From positions 26,346,345-26,410,344 of the forward strand of contig NC_134028.1 in NCBI RefSeq assembly GCF_964204645.1: a stretch of 64,000 bases of DNA, given 5' to 3'. The notes below the pieces were generated by a model that saw nothing but the letters and a program-made list of their open reading frames with translations, was not told the DNA's origin and made no database searches. Positions 28,401-39,938 of the stretch are shown piece after piece; position 1 is the first letter of the stretch; every line of letters begins with the position of its first letter. Source of the stretch: Tubulanus polymorphus (taxonomy: Eukaryota > Animalia > Nemertea). The translations under genes and the position numbers were made by a program.

Positions 28401-31400
28401 AAATACCAACGCGCATGTGACACGTATGAAAACAAATCATCAGTTTGCAGGTGTCGTTATAGAGGGGGGAGAGGGAAGGGAGAGAGGGGGGATCGGGGAG
28501 TGAAAAGTGTCATCTACGGAGCGCTGATACCGCTCTACTTATCATTGTCGACAATCTCAAATGGAAGAGAAATGCATGACCTTCACCCATTACTGAACCT
28601 ATGTATATGGTTATGATATTATTTTCTCAGTATTTCTACAGGTCTATTCTATGAAATCAGCTACGGATCAATCATTCCTGGATATAAGCAGAAAGGGGAA
28701 AATTTCATATTTTGAGGTAGTTTATGCATCGTTCAAATCCCAATTACTGTAGAATTTTTTTTCCCTGACAAGTCAGTTGTTTTCCCTGAATTGATCTGCT
28801 AAGAATCCAATCGATTAACACAGTCAAATACATACAACATAGACAGAAACTGATTATACTCGCGATCTTGCTATTTCAATAAATTTCCCTGACTATTCCC
28901 TGACTTAACTAACCACATTATGATAGGGTTGTCCTATGCAAGTATGGACCACCTAGCGGGATAGCTGATAGCAGTAGGGGAGGGGCCCGCCTACTCGTAT
29001 CTCCCGATGATGCCGAAAATATAAAGTTTGCCCAATTGCGAATGAGCCAAAAATATCGAGAAACAAATCTATTTTTAATTCTGAAAATTACGCAGCACGG
29101 GGAATTGCAGCTTGACCCGTTTCCGAAAAAGAATTATCACAGTTCTCGTTGTCGGGTTGTTGGGTATTTATACGAACGAGGTGACCCAATCAACCAATAG
29201 TTTATACACACGGCGTGCGCCCCGTATCAAATTCACCCGTCAAATTATGATGAATTATTTCTATTATTTACGGATACGAATTTATGCCTAAGTCGAGCGT
29301 TCAGTCAAGTCTGTGTCTAAATGAATAACTTCTACGTAGATTATAACGCAGTACTTACAAAATAGATCACTTAGATCTTTTCATTTATAGTTCCAAGAAC
29401 TCTAAACATTTGAAGCAATTAGATTCATTTCCCGCCAATTAAAATGAATGATTTTGGTTAGCAAAAATATCAGGATTCGGCATTTATGCGTCGAGGTCGT
29501 GTGCTCACGACCAACACGTGCTCAACGCGAAAGCCGTCCATTGGACGGGTATTCAGCTAGTATAAGATAAAATTCTAAATTCAAAATCTAATCCGAGTAC
29601 AAAAAGACCTCTAGACCAACCACCAGCATTATAGATTTGTAAAAATAGACTTGTGTTTTCCGTACCGGGGCTGCATGCATCCATAAGTCTTTAGTTGTAC
29701 TTTGTAGATGCCAAAATGAAGGGAGTTTAAGATCTAAAAACCCCCAACATAAAACATTTAAAACTAAGCTTAATTTTTGGTGAAATAAAGCTTAATTAGT
29801 GTGTGTTTAATCGGCTTCACTGGAACCAAGTTCAAAGCAACGATCGGACATTGACTTTGAACTCGGGTAACTTGCTGGTCGATATAATAACAATAGGGTT
29901 GACCACCCCTTTAAAACTTCTGGTGCAGAATACGTAGCTTCACTAATAAAGTACACATTATAATGGAATAAGAGAACTAACTCGAAAGTTTATTGACACC
30001 GCGAAAAATAATATATAATATCGATAATTGAATTGATCGGCAACAAGCTTTAACCAGATATATCGATGACCTAACGCGAATCCTCTTAAAAATAATTATC
30101 AAAATTTAGCAAAAATAAAATAACAGTTATGAATCACAAAATCAACGTAAAAAATGTAATTGTAATATATTGATGACATTGACTCACACAGAATTCCTTA
30201 TATAACGCGGGTGTCAATGTATATAAACATTATTGTAACGTTTTTTTACAGCGACTTCCAAATCCTCAACCGAGGTCTATATTAGTGAATGATTTATAAT
30301 CGATTTGTGGCTTTTGGCCAAACTGTAATCAACATTATTATATATTCATGTGATACATAAAAACGCTACTAAATGCCAGGCGAGCAGGCCGACAGGCGGA
30401 CAGGCAGGCAGGCGGACGAACGGCGTTTGTTTATTTACGACATGTGGAATTTGTATGACATTTTTTCACAGCGCTCGCATTTCGATGGAAAAACTATAAA
30501 ATATCGCAAAACGTTGTCAACATCCGCGTAAAAAAAGTAAATAATTTAAGCAAATTACACATATTTGCTTAAGTTGCTCAAAGGTTGGTTAAAGATAAAC
30601 AGCGGATTAATACCTAAGTAACAATGAACTTCTAATTGTCACTATGTCAACTATCCACCGGTCAACTCTAACCAACTTATGACCAACTGCAACCCCAGAA
30701 TGACAATCTTAAACCTTATATCAATACATACAATAAAACATCGCCTTAACTCAGACTTTTGACCAGCTCGGACAAAAATTGAATATTTCTTCAAATTTGT
30801 TATTTCTCTGCCAGTTTATCATAGCACGGCAAAGTTTTACTGTAGAGGAAAGATCCAAATGAGGTGTAAAACTAGCTGAAATATCTGACACAGGGGGGCG
30901 CCACTTTAGACTCGTTCTCGTTTTCCCCCTGGACTCAATCAGCTGAGAATCCAATCAATTAATACAGTCTTATATAAAATATATAGACCGAAACTGTTTG
31001 ATTTAACGCGTCATCTAGCAATCTCAACGAGCAATTTCCTCAAATTTTGGATGATTATCAGCTTATCTAACAAATTCCAAACTTTCTTATAGATATGAAA
31101 TTTCCCTGAGTGATTGATATGTTTAATATGCAGGTAAATGTCGCCCTGTGACAACATATCAATAGTCTACACATCTATGAGAAAAAAAATGTGGAACTTA
31201 CCTTCAAATGACTTCTGTTGTAGGTCGTAAGATGACTGGCCCCACACTCGCTGCTGGTCACTGCGTTTGTTTAATAAAATGTTGTTGGTGACGAATACTG
31301 AGTCACGACGGTGGTACGAGGTCGGTGCCGCAGATTCCCAACGCATCGGTCTTTTCACGTTTCACGACTGGACGTAAGTTCGTACGACAGAGACGAGGTT

Positions 31401-32005
31401 CTGAACGAGGTGCTGAATGAGTGAGCGAGTGAAGGGCAGATGATTCACTCTCACAAACACAGCACGTGTTTATTATTACTGATTCTCTCTCCGCAGAAAC
31501 GAAGACGATTCGATTAATTCCAGGGTTAACGACGACGAGTCTGAAATCAACAACGTAGACCAGCACCGTGCAGACGGACGGACGGACCCTCTTCTTCTTA
31601 CTAGAGACCACAGCGTACTACACACCTCTCTCTACTATATCGGGTTCAATATCCAAAACTATTTGACCTATTTGATATGAAACCACCTTTCTATCGGCGA
31701 TCAAAGCGCATTGTCACAATACACACACACAGCAGAAAATCCCTCGAAGCAATACACGCCGCGATGGCGCTCAGAGCAACGCGACAACAATCCTTCCACT
31801 TAAACACAATATCAACAATAAACACTCCACTGTCTATATTTACTACTACTAAAAATGGCAAATTGCTAATAGTAGTAAAGACGTCGCGCAACCATCCGAT
31901 CGACCCGTCTGAGGTATCACCGTTAGTTACCTGCCGTTGTTCATTAATGATTAATTTATGCGCACGCGTCGTCGAATGTCACTGAAACTAGCAGCAGCAG
32001 CAGCC

Positions 32006-32038
<33 letters not shown>

Positions 32039-35000
32039 CTCAGCAATCGTGTGCGACGTCTTCATATCTCTTTATCCCAGCTCTCACTCTCTCTATCTGT
32101 CTCACACGATCGTCATTTTATGTTAATATTGTTGTCTTTACGAGCGACCGCTGCTGCCATCTACCGTCGCAATCGCGATTTAACTATCTCTTATTGGAAG
32201 GTCATCATCATTGATTATATGCGTGGATTAATTATTTGTTACGACAACTAAAGTTTGGCGGACAATGTTCTGTTTGAATCGTCAATAGTTACCGAATGGA
32301 CGAACTCATGACGAATAACAGTTGAACTCAATTCGGATGACCAGAGAATTACGAGATTTCTATGAATTAAGTAAAATCTGAACTATCAATGGATCAAATA
32401 TTTCATTCCGAGTTCAAGTGAAATTCCTGAATTTAAAAGCAAGTTCTCCGGTAGCTCATACAGGGTTCTTACCGGTCAATTCATTTTATGAATACATCAT
32501 ACCCCTAAGTCATAGGCCAATTCAGAGTAACATAGATTGCTTTTGGATGAGTTGTGGCTCTGGATATTGTGTTGTCTGGAACTCCCTGTTGTTATCAAAA
32601 TTGAGGGCAAATTCTTTTTTGAGACGATTTTCTGATTTAATCATGCTTTTTCCACAGCAGCCGAGAATAAAACCAAATTTCCATAGTTTTCCAAAACTTT
32701 CTGCTAAAACCCGTACGAACGCTGTCATTAAAGTCACTTGTGGTGATAATGAAGATTGCATTTAATATAAGGTCTACAAACAGGAATGAGGTGAAACAAC
32801 CGAGTTGTTTTACCCAGTGATGGCTGGCTTCTCATCAGTCCAGGGTTCACTATTTCAAAACCTGGAAGAAACTCTGAACCTGTGAATAATGCACAGCTGC
32901 AAGAGGTTCTCAGCAGGTTGATGGAAGAAACATTGAACATATTTGATAGACATTCCTGGATATATGGAGTTTTCAAGGGAGTTTTCCACGATTTACGTGT
33001 TACTTTTTCTAGGTCAGTGGCCATCCAAAGCATTTTCCATATATAGGAAAGGCTCGAGGAGTCGTAGGGTCACGGCGCCGGGCATATTGAAGGAAGACAG
33101 AAACATAAAACCTGTTAATAATACCATGAAACAAGTTCATCGAACAAAAGCTATGGATTCTGTAATTTGAAACATATTCAATCGAGTGAAGGTGAAGGGT
33201 TTGGAGTTGAAGTGGACCGTACAGTATTTCACACAGTTAATGTATCGATTTCCCTCATAGCAACGAGCGTACTTAAAACTATTACTAGAAATAGAAATCT
33301 ACGACCATGTAGAAATGTAGTATTTATGATCATCGATGGCCCTGAATGATCGAAGGTTAATTGAAGTGGTTTGTTTTTCCTTTGTTTCTCGTCGATTTAA
33401 TATCCGGATAATTGAAAAAAATCCGCCTAATCAATAATCGCGTCATTCGACCGACGATAACAGATACAAATGGATTACATGGCCTTGATTGATTTCAAAA
33501 CGGCGGAAATTATCTTTAAAACGGATGATGAAATGACAAAGAAATACATTTTCTTTGTTCGGTTAAGTAGTAGTTCGCGGAGTGGGTCAGAGATGGCAGC
33601 ACCTCCTTAAACCGGTGTCGACGATAGCCTTTAGAATTCGCATCAACAACTCGAGTATTACCCAGCCTCCAACAAAAATCAACATTCTTTTCTACCGTAG
33701 CAAAGAATTATAACCTATATAAATCATGGTTCATATCACTTTTACAGATATTCCATTTCATAAGGATTCAAGGAGTAAATGTCAAAATTTAACGGAAGTT
33801 CACTGTAAATTACATAACGAGATTCCTTGCTAATCAGGCCAGGAATGAAAGTGATTTCTGATTTTCCGAGCTTAAAATACATCGACTTTTTAGGACTTCG
33901 CCAAGATTCAACGAGTTTAGCACAATTTCTTGAAAATATATTGATTCAACGTGGGTTTTCACTAAATCGAGGAATAGTGTATGAACCATGTTATAGGTGG
34001 CGTAAACAGTCTTACCGTGAAGATGGTCGAGTAAAAATGACAATAGTTTAGAAGTGCCGTTCATATCATTGTACAACGATGAAATTTCCGGAGAAAGTGG
34101 ATTTCCTTGTAAACCTACAAAATAACAATACAATGGGAATGAATAAGCGAAACAGCTTAACTCACTTGTGGCAATTCGAGATATTTAGAGCCATTTTAAA
34201 CCTCAAACAAGAATTTCTTGCAGATCATTAGAATATAGTCGAAACGTTAAATTTGAAGTACAAGCTTAGAAAGTCATGACTGCGCAAATAACTGTGAGTG
34301 GTGATCGAACTTACCGAGCGTTTGAAGCTGGAAAAGTCGGCCAATTTCGTAGGGAAGCAATCGTAAGAAGTTGTTATCGAGCAGAAGTTCCCTGAGGTTC
34401 GTCATTTCGCCGATCTCGGCCGGCAGACTGCGCAATTTATTCGACGATAAATCCAAATATTTCAACTGTTGTAATTTACAAATTTCCGGCGATAAACGAA
34501 TCAAACAATTATCATTTAGATATAACGATGTCAGATTCGTGTATTTGAATAACTCGTTGCTGACATTGCGTATGTTTCCTGCAAATATACAAACAATCAA
34601 CACGAATGAAATTCAAAATCGTTATAGATTTCATACATAAATAAATTACTGTTTGTTGCTTTGGCCACCGACAGTATTCTACGATAGTATCTCGCTGTCG
34701 GTCAGATTCGCCCTAATTCAAGCCCTGCATTTATTATTTCACGAGAAATGCTAATTTTTTCTTGTGAATCGGCTAAAATTATAAAATAACACATAGAAGC
34801 CCAACGCCCACGACATTTTTCATCAAGACAGAAAACACATTTAGCTCTTTGAGTAAAATTTTTACCCGCAATTGATGCAGCGATCAGCGCACCCGGCATA
34901 TAGAACCATGTAACAAGCAGTTCTTAACAAAATGTTTTTTTGCTCGGCATTTTTTCCCTTTGGCCTCCCATTTTTTTTGCTTGGAAAAATCTGTGCTCCA

Positions 35001-35225
35001 AGTTATTAAAAGAAATGTCTAAATGGTGCCGTGGGAACCACCGGTTTGAGTTCAGAGAGGAGTTGTTTCGATATTAAAAATTTGGCCTCATTCCTTCCTC
35101 CACATACCTGATATTTCCAATTCTTGCCAAAGTGACTTTTTTCCAGAATTTGCCTCATCAGGTGTCATAATTGTGTAAGTTCGACGAGGGTTTGGTGGTT
35201 CATATTTATTCTTCTCTTTAGGCAT
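1481..35225 (-). CDS. CNOT6: CCR4-NOT deadenylase subunit 6 (CCR4; LRR + EEP nuclease), 3'-partial
   Basis: Phase-consistent GT-AG exons: 35225-35108 (MPKEKNKYEPPNPRRTYTIM...WQELEIS), 34578-34315 (LRRs), 34114-34016 (GLQGNPL...LLDHLH), 11583-11515 (VTASQPSQRPWVPL), 10062-9905 (YTVMCYNVLCDKY...IISLQ), 5646-5492 (EVETDQF...DGCAIFF), 3904-3753 (NRVTTKDNIG), 2458-2210 (AHVHWDP...CGDLNSLP), 1658-1481 (...TNYT). The final exon (DYIF...PSDH) was not found and presumably lies left of base 1. CNOT6 vs CNOT6L cannot be distinguished. Confidence 0.96.
3190..3350. repeat. C-rich minisatellite (~19 bp, ccaccagcccgtccccct)
   Basis: Direct tandem copies visible. Confidence 0.85.
4934..5460. repeat. Composite 19/47-bp tandem array
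   Basis: ttagactggtcttaagttg units interleaved with atcggttatagaaccaaaatgagcttgg; a diverged inverted copy lies at ~3975-4245. Confidence 0.9.
6588..6748. repeat. 22-bp minisatellite
   Basis: gacaatcagagaaatgatcggt x ~7. Confidence 0.85.
7997..8745. repeat. G-rich minisatellite (gctgatccagg + variable G run)
   Basis: About 50 units; explains the Pro/Gly-rich ORFs 7913-8779 and 7939-8742. Confidence 0.92.
9657..9812. repeat. 28-bp minisatellite
   Basis: gactcgagattcaggaatatctcagtac x ~5. Confidence 0.85.
10159..10440. mobile_element. TTAA-flanked piggyBac-type MITE
   Basis: Ends TTAACCTTTTCAG / CTGAAAGGGTTAA; related copies at 1-367 (inverted, two ends) and ~58350-58585. Confidence 0.75.
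12470..13293. repeat. Polypurine GA-rich tract (~820 bp)
   Basis: gaggagagaggagt-type units; shorter tracts at 4374-4415, 9051-9175 and 57635-57915. Confidence 0.9.
16476..17125. repeat. 25-bp minisatellite
   Basis: cctggtccagtYagtcagagataaa x ~25. Confidence 0.92.
17141..18925 (-). CDS. 594-codon intronic ORF; probable alternative first coding exon of CNOT6 (or nested gene)
   Basis: Long open frame with coding-like GC/CpG content in an AT-rich intron; acceptor ttttgcag before 19054; GTAAGT donor after 17152 (phase 1) three codons before the stop. Low-complexity S/R/K/A tracts, 7x (H)GEK repeat, CxxxxCxxC cluster. Confidence 0.75.
   Translation of the reverse strand: MMVVKKKSTAEISVGNLEVVSEENFLKRLEGMSASCEDCRIERRKCSPPKNKRHGKNRKKNGSSSTATASNRQQSKTRTNSPIVIKLSDSLKATMNRRRGSRAWKDDAEQDGGGARDDSPANTRNRHHQNRGGYHGDNHHHQRRGGGAPQRRNRKNFHSMISAIEKAHWKEFQRGLTLNLNDANCDHHQRMLNNARISYFHPLHQQYRNNNNNNVFVTCANNVHLICNDLRSGGATSSTVVKSDSVESVVDDSESSSLVSSADSSSPVESDSSYADAAAVQRFRKTELRSLVKFATGCSLTQYRCAQLDCPDCFAAAAMTPGAPWFPLSNHKKFDLIEFNDDEAFFAEEEEKTNDETSSSSSSLVSSSSRSSSVDSDELPSSETSSTVSDAGGGNSNNVVTDAKLDVPASKSRLIDRKMNRKTSKQQQRRNSAARGEKHGEKHGEKHGEKHGEKHGEKHGEKHGGESQIFTITSKRSNNEDTTNDNSIYIDLTGVDVELTVFYHSKPSSDWCYSSAAAANSAAAAAAAAAAGYYYFSPGYHTGFYHPSHHAPVYMSPQNVVAVPRPLCVPRNHDILTSAKTCMIPAHEIETCKC
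19122..19228. repeat. 36-bp (2x18) tandem repeat
   Basis: aggaatccggggtgcccggagattccctggtaccca x ~3. Confidence 0.75.
26103..26580. repeat. 41-bp minisatellite
   Basis: gttaacacggggtctgatctgatctgagggctagtYacagc x ~11.7, near-identical units. Confidence 0.92.
30891..31148. mobile_element. Dispersed CAGGG...CCCTG MITE family
   Basis: Short TIRs, internal aatccaatcaattaa(t/c)acagt...gaaactgtttgatt core; possible TGACA duplication at this copy; relatives at ~2555-2775, ~7470-7600, ~24590-24820, ~28760-28905, ~56198-56452. Confidence 0.65.
31202..31346 (-). CDS. Candidate short alternative first exon of CNOT6 (48 aa) or uORF-bearing 5' exon
   Basis: ATG at 31346, open for 48 codons (MRWESAAPTSY...QKSFE), ends G|GTAAGT, phase 1, in frame with exon 11583-11515. 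Confidence 0.45.
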
Positions 35226-35447
35226 TCTGATGACCTAAACAAAGATAATATCAACATACCATTCATTCATTCATTCATTGAAAAATTCAAATTTTATGCG
35301 TACGTAATAAATGAATGATCCCTTAGGAACCAATCTAACAATAACACCAACTATATTCTATCTTTTAATTCTATCATATTTCACTCTCTGCCACATGCGT
35401 TTTTTTTTAAATTTCGCTCTAGTTTTCTTTTTGATGCCATAAAAACC

Positions 35448-35886
35448 GGTCATCCTTATTACCGAGATGACGTATTTTACCGAGATCAACCGAGATGAAA
35501 TGAAATATAACATATTTATTTATTCCTTATCGATTTTAACAATTGACATCATATCATATCAGTAATAAATGCCTGCTGGAGTCATATTTTACATATTTTG
35601 TCGGATATTTTTGTAGAAAAATAACTTAACTTTACCGAGATGAGATCGTCGATCAATCAAATTCAATGAAATTTTATTGCTAACCGAGTTTACGTATTTG
35701 AAGTTAAAATTTTTTTAAATAAAATAAATATGTAAAATATGATTCTAGAAGGTATTTATTACTGATATAACATGATTTCAAGTGTTAAAATCGATAAGGA
35801 ATAAATAGATATGCTATATTTCATTTCATCTCGGTTCGTCTCAGTTCATCTCGGTAAAATACGTCATCTCGGTAATAAGGATGACC
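35448..35886. mobile_element. MITE with ~110-bp TIRs and 10-bp TSD (Mutator-like)
   Basis: TIR GGTCATCCTTATTACCGAGATGACGTATTTTACCGAGAT...; CATAAAAACC duplicated at 35438-35447 and 35887-35896. Confidence 0.88.
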
Positions 35887-35932
35887 CATAAAAACCGTTA
35901 GATCTACAATAATGTTTATATATGTTTACGCT

Positions 35933-36030
35933 GATACCTAGTATATGTTATGTAAGAGGTTCTATGTGAGTCGATGTGCACTATGTCATCAATATTGGTG
36001 CTTCAAAATAACAATTACAAATTAGAATTT
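35933..36030 (+). repeat. Dispersed repeat shared with ~55435-55525
   Basis: gttctatgtgagtYgatgtgcactaYgtcatcaatattgg...ttcaaaata present at both loci. Confidence 0.6.
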
Positions 36031-36664
36031 TGAAATTACATTTGTAATCAAATATATTTCTATAACTCTTTATTTCATTTTTGGTAACCTTTAATTACAG
36101 GCTTATTTAATTATTTCTGAGATATTTCGCACTACGTCATCAATATCTCAGGGCTAGACTGGTTGATTATCCCGGCCCGAAAAGATTCGATGTCAGATGA
36201 AAAAACAGACATTAGGGGAAACTGGCTGGGCTTGCTTTATCTCGATTTTGAGCCACTGGCCTTGTATTCTAGTTAATACACCCCTGCCCCCTGCGCCTGT
36301 GTTGCTATTTTGTCAGTTGTATACTGGTATAGGCCTGTTTACTCTCTCTCTCTCTCTTTGAGTCTCTCTCTCAACAGTAACTGACACAAATAACCGGATA
36401 TCATTTCTGGATGTTGGGTTTGAATTCGCAGACTCGGGAGGACGGAAAACGGCTGCTGGACAGATTTTGATGAAATCAGCTGTTTTTCAGATTTTCTCAG
36501 ATGTGGATTTTTCAGAGTGAAATTAACTGGTTTTACAGACAGGGGAAGGTAGGAACTATGCTATTTCTGAGATGTAATTAATAAATCAAGTTCATTGATG
36601 AATACTTATTAATCAATTGACTCGTATAAACCAGAGAAATCGATGTTAAAACATAAATTTGTAC

Positions 36665-36942
36665 CTGTTATATACAAAACTCATAGAAATGGCTGCTCGC
36701 ACTGTTCGTTTGTAACGAGCGCTGTGATTGGCTAATATACAACATACATCCGCTAGACGGCGCGTGTAAATTAAATTTTATTGAGCTACTCATGCACTAC
36801 CGCTGGCAAGTGACTTTATGGCACTTGCTGTCGTCAATATTCGTAATAAAACCTTTTTCCTAAGCGATAAAGAAAGCTGAGAAGTGACAGATTCAGTTGA
36901 TAGCGAAAACAACAGGAACAACGACCAAAAAGATTGATTTGG
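36665..36942. promoter_or_regulatory. Putative bidirectional promoter CNOT6 / ZDHHC22-like
   Basis: Divergent candidate splice donors (minus strand at 36663-36664, plus strand at 36943-36944) flank a short CpG-containing stretch with an ATTGG (CCAAT) box near 36727. Confidence 0.45.
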
Positions 36943-37588
36943 GTAACGCCGGTTAAAAGACACGTCGTGTAGTAGACAAAATCGTGAAGAAAATATTTAT
37001 TTATTCGTCGATGAAAAACAAAAAAATTCAAATCTAGTTGAAATTTATTGATGCGGTTATTAATATTAACGTATTACAACTAAAACAGACCCTAAACCTA
37101 ACCCTCTACTAGATGCTAACAACCCAATCGAAATCCTAGCCCTAGATGTCCGCAAAATAGCTTTCGCTTAAATAATGCTGCATCAGCAAATATCAACCAT
37201 AACTCTAATAGCCTAGGCCTACAATTCAATAGTATTTCATGTATTTTTGAATTTTGATTATTTTTTTATGTTCTTTTTATAAATTTGATCTATTATTTCA
37301 GATCTGTGAAGAGACCAGTTAGTTCCTAAATTAGAGATCCTACTAGTTTAAAACCGAGGAGAAAGTGGTACGTTATTCTGATTGGTCTAAAAGAATCTAG
37401 CCGATATTCTAAGGCGAAAGTGCTCATTTGCAGTTAATAGTTTTTACCATCTGGTATGTCTGGTATTGGGAGTTAGAGGTACCCTGATATGAAGTTGTGA
37501 GGGTAACTCATAAGATTGTCAGGTATACAGAGTCGGCGCTAGGTCTCATATTCCGACTCGAGGGAACGGTAACAAAAACTCATCAGTC

Positions 37589-38518
37589 ATGAGAGGTTTA
37601 ATAAATACGGTATCGTTAATTATTGATCGCCGCGCCACATGGAAATATAAACTACTATCAATCGTGAATATAATCTGTTTGGTGTATTTTCTCGCTATGA
37701 CATCATCGTCGGTTTATGTCGTGCTGTTTGACGTTATTCCGACATTAGCATCGACAAACCCGACGATGGCCGCGCGTCATTTCATGATCAGTTTCTTCTT
37801 CCTGTTCGAAATGCTCGGCAACCTGGTTTTAGTGATCAGCGCCGATAACGCAGTCCGGTCGATCGAAATAACCGCCTCGACTCGTAAACTCAAAGGGAAA
37901 CGGAAATGCGAAATTTGTATCCAACCGATGCCGCGTCGAAGCCACCATTGTCGTCTATGCGGCGCGTGCATCCTCAAACGCGATCATCATTGTCATTTCC
38001 TCGTCACGTGCATCGGCTACAAAAACCAGAAATATTTCGTGATGTTTTGTTTATATCTCGGTTTCGGTGCCATCTATTCGGCCGTTCTGATACTGCTTCA
38101 TTTACGTGTGAAATACTCGGTGATTTTCCGCGATATTTCATCGTTTCTAACCGTTTTACCGCGCGCCATCTACGACTATTACATCGCTCATTCCATCGCG
38201 AACGAGAAGCTTTATTTATTGATTCTAATGTATGCCGCTTTACTAACCGGTCTGTTGATTATCGGTTTGTTCGTCTGGCAAATGATTCTCGTATCCCGCG
38301 GCCAAACGAGCTTCGAGTTCGCGTATGATCGTCACAATTTCCGGAAACGGATGATGTGGAACTTTCTGGACGTCTTCGGACCGTACTGGTTCGTTACGAT
38401 AATCCTGCCATTTCCGTTACCCCAATACAGTTTGGGTACCTATGAAATTCTAACTACGAAACATCGAGTCAAAAAACTACGAAATAATGACTCGAGTGAA
38501 AAAAGTAAAAATAAATAG
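37589..38518 (+). CDS. ZDHHC22: DHHC palmitoyltransferase, ZDHHC22-like (copy 1, 309 aa, intronless CDS)
   Basis: CEICIQPMPRRSHHCRLCGACILKRDHHCHFLVTCIG Cys-rich DHHC domain, 4 TM segments, RGQT and NFLDVFG motifs typical of the ZDHHC22/24 group. Confidence 0.88.
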   Translation: MRGLINTVSLIIDRRATWKYKLLSIVNIICLVYFLAMTSSSVYVVLFDVIPTLASTNPTMAARHFMISFFFLFEMLGNLVLVISADNAVRSIEITASTRKLKGKRKCEICIQPMPRRSHHCRLCGACILKRDHHCHFLVTCIGYKNQKYFVMFCLYLGFGAIYSAVLILLHLRVKYSVIFRDISSFLTVLPRAIYDYYIAHSIANEKLYLLILMYAALLTGLLIIGLFVWQMILVSRGQTSFEFAYDRHNFRKRMMWNFLDVFGPYWFVTIILPFPLPQYSLGTYEILTTKHRVKKLRNNDSSEKSKNK

Positions 38519-39008
38519 TACAGGGACCCTACGACGAATACTCGATTCTTTAAACATATCTTCTTCACCAAAAATGCTTTTAAATGTGCTTGAAACTCCT
38601 TTGATTTGAACAGAATGCACAAAACTCCTTTAAAACTTCAATTTTGAGAAATAGGCAATAAGAAATGTTTATAGTTGTAAACTACGCCTAAACCGATACA
38701 GTTTGGACCAGGATTTTTTACCCAATTAGACAGTTATCGAAATTAGAAACCAAGTTTAGGTAATACAAACGGGCATTGATAATTTTAGCATTAGTAACAG
38801 TAATTTGATTTCTATTGCGCACTTTTCACTGTAATACAATTTTCATAGGCGCTTTCCATTATATTGGTATTTTTAACTCTAACCAGCCTATAACTCTAAC
38901 TATTTATCAGTTTGTAGTTTAATCTCTGAACCCTTGAGCGTCGTGTACCACCAGAGTATGTATCAAACTATAGATTTTGATATCGTGTCTTTCAGAGCTC
39001 TGCGAAAA

Positions 39009-39938
39009 ATGTTGAAAACGTGGTGGAGTAATCTGCGACCGAACTTTGTGTTGATAATGAGACCGGTACACTGGAAATGGCGGTTGATGTCGTTGATGAA
39101 CATATTCGGTTCGTTTTTCGTTTACACAATGGTCTGGACGGTTGCCGTCGTCGGTATCGGTTCAATCGTTCCCGAAATCTACGGCCCGTCGGTCGGCTTT
39201 CACCGTCTGCTCAGCTGGTATCTCGCCGTACAGGTCGTCGGTAATTCGATCCTGTTTCTCAGCACGAACACCGACCTGCGTCGTTTGACCGATACGAAGA
39301 AAACCGACGAGGAATGGCTGTTATATTGCCAGACGTGTCGATCAAAGATCCCGCCACGCGGTCACCACTGCGCGTTGTGCAATAAATGCGTACTGAAACG
39401 CGATCATCACTGTTTCTTTGTTTCCTGTTGTATCGGTTTCTACAATCAGAAATATTTCTTCATGTTTCTCGTGTATGCGTGCTTCTCGACGTGCTACGCG
39501 TTTTATCTGATGCCGTATTTCCTCGCGTCGAAATACGACATCGAATTCACGTCGGTAACTAATTACTTCACGTTGTTACCGTCGACGCTGTACGTTCACC
39601 TATTCGTACACGAAGTCAGTATTTACGTATTGTTTTACGTGACGCTGATGTACGCCTCGCTGAGTTGTGCGTTTTTCACCGGCAGTCTCGTCGGGTTTCA
39701 AGCGTTCTTGATTCTACGCGGTCAAACGACGTACGAATTGATATACGGCGCCCGCGACTACGACGAAGGCGCCTGGGAGAATTTTCTCGATTGTTTCGGT
39801 CGGTACTGGTACGTTACGTTGGTTCTACCGCTGCCTTTGCCGCAGAGACATTTAGGGATTTACAAATCGATGATGTCCTATTCTACAGATCCATCGATAA
39901 AATATCGTTACGATCTGATTACATCGATGTCTATTTAA
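39009..39938 (+). CDS. ZDHHC22: DHHC palmitoyltransferase, ZDHHC22-like (copy 2, 309 aa from ATG 39009)
   Basis: CQTCRSKIPPRGHHCALCNKCVLKRDHHCFFVSCCIG, RGQTTYE, NFLDCFG; acceptor tctttcag at 38995 just upstream of the ATG. An in-frame upstream ATG at 38958 is also possible. Confidence 0.87.
   Translation: MLKTWWSNLRPNFVLIMRPVHWKWRLMSLMNIFGSFFVYTMVWTVAVVGIGSIVPEIYGPSVGFHRLLSWYLAVQVVGNSILFLSTNTDLRRLTDTKKTDEEWLLYCQTCRSKIPPRGHHCALCNKCVLKRDHHCFFVSCCIGFYNQKYFFMFLVYACFSTCYAFYLMPYFLASKYDIEFTSVTNYFTLLPSTLYVHLFVHEVSIYVLFYVTLMYASLSCAFFTGSLVGFQAFLILRGQTTYELIYGARDYDEGAWENFLDCFGRYWYVTLVLPLPLPQRHLGIYKSMMSYSTDPSIKYRYDLITSMSI

Noticed and set aside
32418-33349. Cluster of short ORFs, possible pseudogene
   Set aside because: No recognisable motif or consistent frame; cannot be supported without a search.
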